DNA from: Blasia pusilla
Taxonomy: Eukaryota
Assembly (NCBI GenBank): GCA_050084515.1
Contig: CM114271.1
Location: forward strand, 28,148,001 to 28,212,000
DNA length: 64,000 bases
Direction of reading: 5' to 3'
The notes below the pieces were generated by a model. The model ran no database searches. It saw only the letters and a program-made list of their open reading frames with translations, and had not been told where the DNA came from. The stretch's first letter is position 1; each line of letters starts with the position of its first letter. Positions 52,525 to 62,435 of the stretch are shown in pieces. The translations under genes and the position numbers were made by a program.

Positions 52525-55138
52525 TGAGGAAGGAGATGTTTTGAGCTTGAGTACATCCGCGTAGGCTGGAGTCGCGGATGGGTTGCAGATCAGGAGATTG
52601 GGGGCAAGTATGCATGAGGGAAGCCAAAAAATAGACTCAAAACCCAGCTCTGTGCCCCCAATCTCTTCCCCCCCTCTTGCCGAGATCCGTAGAGGGGAGC
52701 AAGAGTGTGACACGGATCAAGAGGTTTGCATTTGGACTTTTTCTGTGTGAAAACTTAGTGTAGAGTGAGTTAGGATTAGGATGAATGAATCTCGATGTTA
52801 TGGTGTATAGCTCTCTATACCTATTGTGGGATACCATCCTAATGTGATATCAAATTTGAGAGGAGAATCAAAGTTCTGGGATGAAGTATGTTCCATAAAG
52901 AGTGACTACTCTAAAATTACACTCATGAGTACAATTTTATAGAGATAGTATAATACTTGGTGGGATGATCATCCCACAAGGTATTATTCTACCTTTGTTA
53001 GAAATTTGGGGTTAACTATTCGAGTATTCTATATTTTTTAGAGCGTGAAATTGTTGAAATGTGAAATTTCCGAAGTGTGAAGGTTTTAGTTTGAGAACTC
53101 ATAGGTGAAATTTGGAGATCGAACTTAGAATCCTGAAATGTTGTCTAGAAGTGCAAAAATTATTCTAAGTTGTGCTTGGATTTCTCATTTAAATTCTGAC
53201 ATTGTGGGTCTTAGTCGCAAGTATCGTTAGTGACCATGTTGGGGTGCTATAATACTTTGAATTCAAATTAACTATATGGATAATAGTACTTTCGAATGCA
53301 ATTTTTCCACTTGGCGGCAACTAATTTGAAATGGAATTCTCCCCACATGGTATTATAATACCTTCACTAGAAATGTTGCTTGTAAATCTGGGTCATGCAA
53401 TCTCCAAAATCTTTAATTTTTGAAGTGTGCAACTGCTGAAGGTCTTAGCTTGAGAATTTAGGGTCAAATTTAATCATTTCATAAATCTTTCACAAAATCT
53501 TGAAATGTTGCTTGGAAATAAAATTCTTCATAAATTTGTGCATCTCTCATTAATCTTCTATCCTTTGAATTTGGCCTTCCATGAGTATCAATGTTTATTA
53601 TTCAATTATTATTATTATTATTTATTTTCCACGAGGAGCTTCTTTGGGCGATGGCTTTTGAGAGATGACAACTAATCATAGGCCAAACAAATTTTGGCGA
53701 GTGGATAATATTATCAATCTCTTCTTAAAAATTGCTTTCAAACATGGAAGGAATGTGTGTTTGAATATTCTATACACAAACAAGTCATGAATAAACCACA
53801 ATCTAATGTCATATTATCTTTTCTTTCCGAAATTTTTTTTGCTTTCAGATTGCAAGCAGATATCTTATTTGATCGATACCTAATGGTAGGCCAATCCGAC
53901 CAATAGTGTAGGGATTAAGAGCTTCTCTTGAACAAATATCTTGGGCAATAAAAGCTAATAAAAGGGCACACAATTTAATATTATTGGTGTTTTGTCTAGC
54001 TAAAGTCTTGTAAAACATTGAAGGAATCTATTTAAGGATTTTTTTTATAAAAGTGGTGATGAACAAACCAAAATCCAAGATCATATTCTTCTTTCAATTT
54101 TTGAATGCCAACCACGTCTTAGATCGATTAGGCTGGTATTCTGGCAAGAGAGAGTAAGAGAGGAGAGGAAGAGAGGAAGAGAGGAGAGTCTCTCTTCAAA
54201 AAAAAGGGCCAAATCCGCCTCCTCTCTTCAAAACTTTTTGACATATTTGAAATTTTTGTTTGCTTTCAAATTTAGGAAATCTTTAGAAGAGAGTAGGTAG
54301 TGGTCCACATTTGGCCCTAAAAAAACCTCCTCTTTCGTGGGGGCGAGAAAAAAGGAGACATCATAAGACCACCCTAAACATTTTTCCATCACTGTTCATG
54401 TGAGCCTAAGTTTCTTAACATTCCCTGTATCGGTCAACAAAAAGCAGTGCCCTTGGTATTTTTGTTGGAGGACCACCCGGATGGGTACCTCTCTTTTTGC
54501 AGGGATTGTTGCCTGCATCATGGCCTCCCCTAAATTGCCCCATAACCAACTTTCTGTCGGTTATGAATGGTGTCTGCTCAAGACCAACTTTCTGAAATGT
54601 GAAAAAAATCATATCCTAAGGCTCAAAAACCGAGAAGCTGCACCCCTCCCAACCCGTAAGAAAGCTCACTATAAGAAACGAAAGATTTTTAGAAGTGATT
54701 TTCTTCCACCCTGCACCCACGACGATCTAACGGGTTGGGAATCCGAAATGGCAATTCGACAGGTAGTAGGAATCTTGCACATCTTAGACAAGAAAAGAAG
54801 CCTACAACTGGTTGGACGAATGAAGGGGAACGAGCCAAAAGTCAAGAAGCCCGCCACAATGCGTCAGAAGTTGGTCTCACCGGAATAGAGTCCGATCACT
54901 CAAGGAGTCAACCTGTCGGAATCCGAGAGGTTTCCTGGAAATGGTTAAAAAGTTGCAGTGGGCAAAAAACAAAAAGTCGGAATCATACGGGTTGCAGAAT
55001 TGCAATTCTGAGTAGCTAAAAGAACACAATCCACAAGTCCAAAAACATATTCCAGAAAAGTTTTACAAACACCATTATGGGTTGAAAAAATCTTGTCTTT
55101 TATTACCTCCAAAGGAACCTCGGAAATGTACATTGAAC

Positions 55139-55420
55139 CTAGTCTATGATTTCTTCAGCCTCGTCATCTATAAATTTACTCCTAACTCTCCTCGGTGATG
55201 AGTACCAAAGGAATGTCTTGGGATTCAAGTGGCTCCTCCGGCGGTTGTAGACGGGATCGAAAATGTTGGCGGTCGAGAGCCTTGGCCCCCTAGGTACACC
55301 ATAACGGTCCCATGTAACTGTCTCGAGTCCCACCGCCTTCCTCGGCAAAGATACCTTGTACGCGCTCGAAATGTGACACCCATCCAAAGATATCAATATC
55401 CGCTCCGCCCCGGTAATACC
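55139..55420 (-). other. coding-like segment (small third gene or terminal exon) of unknown function
   Basis: Open frame ending ...NPKTFLWYSSPRRVRSKFIDDEAEEIID*, preceded by a candidate acceptor (TGCCATAG) next to the palindrome repeats. Confidence 0.3.
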
Positions 55421-56489
55421 ACTATGGCAACCGACGGTAGAAGGAATCCAACACGTCGAGAAGAAAAGAAGCCTACGCCGCTTTACGAGTTGAGGGAAGG
55501 TGCCAAGGAAGAAGCCCGCCAGATCGCTCGATCCGAAAGGGTCCGATCGGCAACTGTCGGAATCAGATAGGTTGCCTGGAGGTGGTAAAAGGGTCCGATG
55601 GTCAAAAAGCGAAAAGTTGCAAGGAGGATAAATCCGACGGGTTGCAGTGGTCATAAAGTGAAAATTGCAAGCAGGAGAAATCCGACGGGTTGAAAAGTAG
55701 AAGACCGTGGAGTACATAGACGATCACATTCGAAAAGACAAAATGATTAGCAAACATTTACAAGCACCACCATCGATCGAAAAAATCTTCTGCTTTATAT
55801 TATCCGAAAAAAGCTCGAATCAGACATTTGATCTATTCTATGAAATCTTTTGCCAAATTATCAAAAAACTCCCTACTCCAAACGCTGCAGTCAAGCTGGG
55901 TCGTTGAGTTCTTTGAACTCACTCGTCATCGTCCGAGAGCTCTTGCAAAATCACTTTCGGCCTTGCCCTCCCGATTTTGGGAATCGTTGGAAGTGACGAT
56001 GGAGTCACTACCAAGGGTGGCTCTCGAACCGGAGCTCTCGGCCGTGGAGAGTTGTACGCCCCAACGAGCCTTTCAGATTCGCCTTTTCCTCCTTGCAAAG
56101 GTCAAACAGTTCTCGCCTTCCCTCGAGGGCAGAATGTTTCTGCCACTCTGCCAGCGCCTCGATACTCGCCCCGAAAGGCCCACTAAGTCAAACACCAAGT
56201 CACCCGGCCTTGAGCAGAGCTCGATGAGCGTTTACATCGTGGTGGCGACTTTTCCTTCCTCCCGAAGTATGGGGTATGTCTTGCATGTAAATTCCGGGGA
56301 ATTGTACAAACTATCTAAAATTTGCACCCATCGAGCATGGATCCACAGGATCCTCGGATCTTGAACACTGGAAATTGTGCTCGGGCGAACGGGCAAAGAC
56401 ACGAGGGAGTGGTCCATCTGAAAATCAGACGAAACAATGTCGAAACTAAAGAAGTCGCCTTGAGAAGATTTTCAATAATCGACTTTGGA

Positions 56490-56855
56490 TCAACTCGCCG
56501 GAGTCCGACGGGTTGTTTTATCCGGACCAACCCGCCGGAACCCGACGGGTTGCGCTTGCTTTTGGTTTTCCAAGTTGATTTTGGTTTTGGATGCAACCCG
56601 TCGGAAGGCGACGGGTTGTCGCTCAGACCGCCCATGCTCGCTTTGAGAGCAACCCGCCCGATAGCAACCTGTCGCTATTAGACGGGTTGCATCCAAAACA
56701 AAATCAACCGCAACACGCCGGGTTCGACGGGTTGCGTACACCGCGTTTTCCTGTGTATGTGGGAAAGATGCAACCCGTCGGAAACCGACGGGTTGCTCTC
56801 ACCGAGCATGGGTCGCTCTAAGCCAAAGAACCCGTCGCCTTCCGACGGGTTGCTC
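56490..56855. repeat. array of 25-bp palindromes in a cargo-gene intron
   Basis: About 8 copies of CAACCCG(T/C)CGGA-N-(T/A/C)CCGACGGGTTG, e.g. at 56528 and 56771. Confidence 0.9.
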
Positions 56856-58959
56856 ACGGACAAAAAAAACCCAGATTGACTCATTCTACACATCATTATA
56901 AGATAATTGAAATTATTGTACAGGAATTGAGCCTTACCCGAATTTGACTCGTCGCGGATCGGAGTGGGTACTCGTTTTTGATGATCCACGACAGCCGCCC
57001 TCCACTTTAGCGACCTCTTGACGCGATCGGAGGTTGAAGAGCTCGTCCCTGCTCCCTCCAAATCAACACCAAGAAGCAGCCCCTGTCACTTAGATAGGCG
57101 TCTGCAAAGGAGAACAAAAGTGCAATGTGGTCATAAGTGAGCGGCAGATTCCACTCAGGTACCTCGTCCGCCGGATTTTTGCCCCAAAGTCGCAACTCCG
57201 AGGGCAGATCGGCGATCAAGAGATCCACCGCAACCTCTTCCACCACTCCATTCACCGTCCAGGCAACGTGCACGTTTGGTTGGAGCTTCCGTCCCAGCGT
57301 GGTCAATTTTTTGATGGTAGTTGTCGACGCTTGAGAATCAAGTCGTTCGGCTCATCCAAGAAAGAGGTGAATCAAGGAGGACGCTTGTCCGGGTGGTTGT
57401 TTGTCTGTGTCTTCCCAAGGATGATGGGCTGTATTCTCCTTGGGACAACCCGGGCACCTCTCGCTTCCGCTTCTCCCTAGTATGGGGACGGCTTGTCGGG
57501 GTTTCTATGACCTCGGATTCTGGTGGCGTTTTCTTCGCCGAGGACCTGGTCCGACCCTCTCTCTCTGCTCGTCCGGACGATTCCGCCTCTGGCCTCTCAT
57601 CTTCAGGCTCTCTTTGGGAAGTCTCGGCCTCTGAATTTTTCCCTCCCCTCGCCTTGCCTTTGAGACCATTTGTGGATTTGTCTTTGGCTGTCCAGGACCT
57701 TGAAGCCAACTCACTGTTCTTGTGGGCTCGCTTCTTCAGCATCTCCTCCGAAGAAGTCTTCAGGCTGGACGAAATTGGGGATGTCGTCTTGTCCTGAGGC
57801 CACTGCATCATGAAGCACTCGTAAGTCCTTATCCGTGATGTCTTCAGGGTCGTTGAAGTCGAGCCAAATGGGGCAATTCTCCACCTCCCAATCCGACATG
57901 TGCTGACCCATCTCCACGTGTACATGGAGAATGTCTCTACATCCGCGGCGAAGCCCACAATTTCAAGGTCGCCGGTAATTTTCCCCACGATCTGCGTTCT
58001 TACATCGGACGAGGTACCGAATACCATCCGTTGGCGCAGCTTTTAGTCGAACATTATCGGCCGTCGCTCTGTAGATCTCGCTTCTTCTTCGCTTGATCCC
58101 GTTTGTTACCCTCTACTTCTTCGTCAAGCTCGCCGAGGGAGGACGCAAACCTTGAACATGGTCTTGAATCCAGGGTTCTTGGTTGGCTTGTCCCGGATGT
58201 CGCCGAGCCAAACCTCGTAATCTCCGAACTTTCAAGGTTTGCTTCCGCGAAATGGGCTCTAATCTTCCGAGCTCCGCTTTGCATCCCCAAAGACGGACTT
58301 CCCGATTACCGCAACGCGCCCCTAACGACCATTCGCGTAGCCAATGCGAGATCATCGGATCGGACACACCGAGGATGGTGTGCCGCCCTCTTCCGGGCCT
58401 CTCGAGCCTCGAGATCGATTTTCATCATCGTATCCTCCGAACTCGCTATAATCCCGGATAACGCAAAACGATGCACGCAATCCAGCGACACTTTCTCCCC
58501 AATCCGACCATGCGGATCTTCATCCTCTTCCGCCGACGCTTGATAATCTCCTTGAGCTCCTTGTAGAACTCCCGGACCAAGTTGGGGTTGAGAATGCTTG
58601 ATGTATCGCTGCATCTTGCTCGCCGTGTATTTCGTTGCAATAGATAAAGCACTTGATGAATTTGGCGCTCAGACGCAGATACCTTCTCCCTCCGCTCGCT
58701 CCGCCCCAGCAACGCTTTTCTTCGCGGCCCTGTATCTTCGACCAGCAAAGGATGGTTACGGTTGCATCTTGAGAAATAAACTTGTTTGCCCAAGTTTTCT
58801 TCTTAACTGAGCACCCTTTGCAAGCATCTCGATTGATGAGGGCATCGCCCAAGAACCCCAAGACTCTCTGGGTGCGCCCTAAGCACCTTCCTCACCCGAT
58901 CGCGATCCTGGATCCAATGGTGGGTGACATTCCCTTCCGATACAATCCGCACATCCAAA

Positions 58960-59770
58960 CTCAACCCGTCAGGAAATTACATGGGTTCCTCGCGAACCCG
59001 CCGGACTCGACGGGTCGCCACTTCAGGGTCGGATTCTAGCAACAAGCTAAATGATGCAACTGTCGAGTCCGACGGTTTGCATTCAGATTTGCTAATGCAG
59101 TAAGCAATTTCGTCGGACTCGGCGGGTTCCGGATCGCGACGCCGGATGTTTTTTAAGATTGCAACTCGTCGGACTCCGACGACTTGTTTGATTGAACATA
59201 GATTTAACTAGTTTTGGCCCAAAGCAAACCGCCGGAGTCCGATAGGTCGCTTGTGAGGTTGTTTTTAAGAATGCAACTCGTCGGACTCGACGAGTTGCTC
59301 GAGTGATTGTAGGTTTAGAAGGTTTTTTCCTAAAGCAACCCGCCGGAGTCCGACGGGTTGCTTGCCTCGGCTATTTTCCCCATATCAACCCGCCGGAGTC
59401 CGACGGGTTGATTTCGCCAAAAATTTCAAGGCAAGCAACTCGTCGGCTCCGGACGGGTTGCTTTGGGGCAAAAACCTTCTAAACCTGCAATCACTCGAGC
59501 AACTTGTCGGAGTCCGACGAGTTGCACTCTTCAAAAAACATCCTCACAAGGCGGCCTGTCGAGCAACCTGTCGGACTCCGACGGTTTGCTTTGGGCCAAA
59601 AACTAGTTAAATCTATGTTCCATCAAACAAGTCGCCGAGTCCGACGAGTTGCAATCTTAAAAACATCCGAAAAGCGTGTTCTAGCAACCCGCCGGAGTCC
59701 GACGAGTTGCTTTTCGCTAAACAAACCTAACCCATTCATCAATCGAGCAACTCGCCGGAGTCCGACGAAA
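58960..59770. repeat. palindrome array containing a ~530-bp inverted repeat, in a cargo-gene intron
   Basis: About 15 motif copies; arms 59143-59368 and 59428-59669 are reverse complements centred on the palindrome at ~59385-59411. Confidence 0.9.
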
Positions 59771-61230
59771 GGCGTAAAGTGTTAAAGATACTCACGTGTT
59801 CATGGCATGCATTGCCATCTCCACCGTCACCATGTGATGAGGGTATGGGTAAAGGACCACTGCCTTCACGCAAAAATGTGCCTCCAATGAGTTGGGGCGC
59901 TCCTCCGCAAACTTGGTCCACGCCATGAACCGTGATTTCCATCCCGGATGAAGAAATGCGATTCCTCATCCGGCTGAATTTCGTGCCCTCAACTTGCCTT
60001 TCAAGTCCTGGTCTCGCATCCTCCGAATGTGTCAAGATTTTCCAAGTCCTCCTCGGTAACAGAGCTTGGGTTCCATGCTCGCCGTAAAAGGCTGAACATA
60101 GAAGGGAGGAAAGTCTGTCCACGAGGATGTTGTCGCCGCCGATTTTTTAGCTTTTTGCGATGTCCTCGTCTTGATCAGATTTTGCGGACGTATTCCATTG
60201 TCCTTAATCGCACAAAGTGGAATCTCGGGCGTTAGGCCCTCCATGAGTGCCATCCGCTTTACCACTGTCAAAACCGGGACAAGAGGAATAAGCTACACTG
60301 AAATCCCAATGAATTGCAATTCACATAATTAAAAACCTAACCTCATTACCCGCCGAAAATGGAGTCGGTTTCTTGACCAAACTAACTTGTTCGAGACAGG
60401 GTGGCAAATCGACCGGGAACTCGTCGATCCGATAGAGGTCGATGTCCTCCGCCGGGCTTGGAGTCGAGAATGACCGCTCTCCGGCTTCTTCGCCATGTCC
60501 ATCATCTCCACGGGCGCGGTCCTCATGACCTCGTCGTCATCGATTTGAATTGGTGTTGTTTCCACTATGTTGATTGTGTCCCCGACTTCGTGGGGGGACA
60601 TTTCCGCATCTCAACACTTGCGGTTGGACGGGCTGGGCTATCGCCAATGGCTATCGCTTTTTCCCGCCCGCTTTAGCCGATTCTCGCCTCCTCACCGACG
60701 GCCCGGCGCTTCTTTTTCTCTCTTTTCGCCGGCGATCCTTTTCTTCAAGGCCTGTGATGTCTCGGCCTCTTCGCTCGTTTATCTAGCGCCGCTTGAACAC
60801 GCCTCTGAAGCACTTGGTTGTGCATCTCCGCTTCCCTTTCCCGCCTCGATTTCCTCGCTGCCTAATTTCATTCGCCTTAACGAGGCCCAGGAGAAGCCGA
60901 CGCAGAGTCCTAATGGACTTGGGAGTGAAGCTCCCACTTGTTGGCTTGTGTTTTTTCCTCGTCATTTTTGCCGGAAATGCCTCCACCTATGCCCACGACA
61001 AATCCCTTGATCGTTGCCTTTTGATGTCGAGATGGGAGCTCGTCTCGCCTTGATGGTTAGCTCGATCGTCCCTATATCGCTCGGTCGAACGCCTCGCCTC
61101 GTTCCCTCGCTATCGACTCGCGATGTGTCGCGCGCGTGAAATGCCCCTTCAGATCGATCGGGCCTGCGGGAGAGTGAGGAGTGAGGAATGAAGATCGCGA
61201 AATGAGAAACCGGAAATGAGCGATTTCTGC

Positions 61231-61240
61231 CCTATTTATA
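61231..61240 (-). promoter_or_regulatory. TATA box for the ParB-MTase gene
   Basis: TATAAATAGG on the minus strand, followed by a pyrimidine-rich leader. Confidence 0.5.
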
Positions 61241-61319
61241 CTTTTCTAGCCGTTGGGCTGACCGTTGGGCGTCGCCCTTTCGACGCGCGTGTCGAATGTT
61301 ACGGAAGTCCGGACGTGAA

Positions 61320-62040
61320 AAATCGCAACCCGCCGGAGTCCGACAGTTGCGCCTCGCCATCCTGGGCACGTCGCCACGTGCGCGAGCAACCCGTCGGAGA
61401 CCGACGGGTTGAGCGCCTCCATCGTCTTCGGAAAAGAACGCGAGGTACCCGCGCAACCCGTCGGAGACCGACATGTTGCGTGCCTCCGCCATCCTGCGAA
61501 CGTCGCCACGTGCGCGAGCAACCCGTGGGAGACCGACGGGTTGAGCGCCTCCGTCGTCTTCAGAAAACAACGCGAGGTACCCGCGCAAGCCGTCGGAGAC
61601 CGACATGTTGCGCACCTCCGCCGTGTTTGGGACGGGAACGGGACGTATTTTGGGCAATCCGTCGGAGACTGTTGGGTTGCACGCTTCCCTCATCAAGGGT
61701 TAGGAACGATGGCTTCCCGTGCAAGTCGTCGGAGTATGGCTGGCTGCACCACAAGGCGACGCCCTTGCGCAACCTGTTGGACGGCGACGGGTTGCATGCC
61801 TCATCGTCTTTGGGCTAAAAGGCGAGGCACCCGCGGAACTCGTCGGGAATAGACGGTTTGCACGCCTTTGACATCTTCGAGCAAGAAGGAGCGGTATCCC
61901 AGCAAGTCGTCGGAGAGCGACGGATTGCTCGCTTCGACAATGTTTAGCAGAAGCGTGCAACCCGTCCGATGCCGACGGGTTGCGTGCTTCGTAAGTAAGC
62001 CGGGTAATTTCGAGTTACCAAGGACTCCGACGGGTTTCAA
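61320..62040. repeat. palindrome array with a 133-bp tandem duplication between the divergent genes
   Basis: About 12 motif copies at ~60-67-bp spacing; ~61355-61487 is duplicated at ~61488-61620. Confidence 0.85.
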
Positions 62041-62191
62041 GTGATGCGCAACCCTCTGCTTCCCAAATCTGGTAACATATTGCAACACAATTGAATGTGT
62101 TACAAAATTGGATCCATTGTGTCAGACAATCTCCCCCACCGAATTCATCTTGTCAGTAAAAATCTGTCAGGAGTATCTATTTCCTATTCAC

Positions 62192-62246
62192 TATAAATTA
62201 AATATTCTCATTCTCATTCTCATTCTCATTCTCATTCTCATTCTCC
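62192..62246 (+). promoter_or_regulatory. TATA box and (ATTCTC)n leader for the transposase gene
   Basis: TATAAAT at 62192, then about 7 tandem ATTCTC units. Confidence 0.5.
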
Positions 62247-62435
62247 TCCCGTAGGAATCTTCTTGGAATGGATAATTATGTTAAGCTCACTTGTGGCACT
62301 CATCTGGCGGCCCTTCCTCAATCAGAAATCATCCGACCCCAAGCTCGTGAGTCTTTCGTAGCAGTGGATGAAAATTTTCTGTCTGTTTGATTTCTTCTTC
62401 AAATTGGAACCATCTTTGTATCCAAAGATGTTAGG

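Larger units (their letters stand above)
55800..61000 (-). pseudogene. spliced ParB/Srx-like plus beta-class N4C/N6A DNA methyltransferase-like fusion gene (frameshifted as assembled)
   Basis: FFIRDGNH(-1 fs)[R]FMAWTK...AMHAMNT at 59796-59955. Motif IV-like VDLLIADLPS at 57199-57228, followed by EVPEWN and ADAYLSDRGCFLV. Motif X/I-like PYFGRKEKS...TLIELCSRPGDLVFDLVGLSG...SGRNIL at ~56130-56275. Introns: ~60265-60349, ~58950-59795 (donor GTGAGT, acceptor uncertain), 56418-56937 (GTAAGG...TTTTCAG). Confidence 0.65.

Noticed and set aside
55828-58543. Plus-strand ORFs (178, 158 and 146 aa, among others)
   Set aside because: Antisense shadows of the minus-strand ParB-MTase coding sequence.
61216-61852. 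Arg-rich ORFs of 147-200 aa on both strands
   Set aside because: These are by-products of the GC-rich palindromic and tandem repeats.
56490-62040. CRISPR-like appearance (palindromic repeats with unique spacers)
   Set aside because: Repeats are degenerate, spacer lengths vary, spacers are themselves duplicated or inverted, there are no cas genes, and the context is eukaryotic and intronic.
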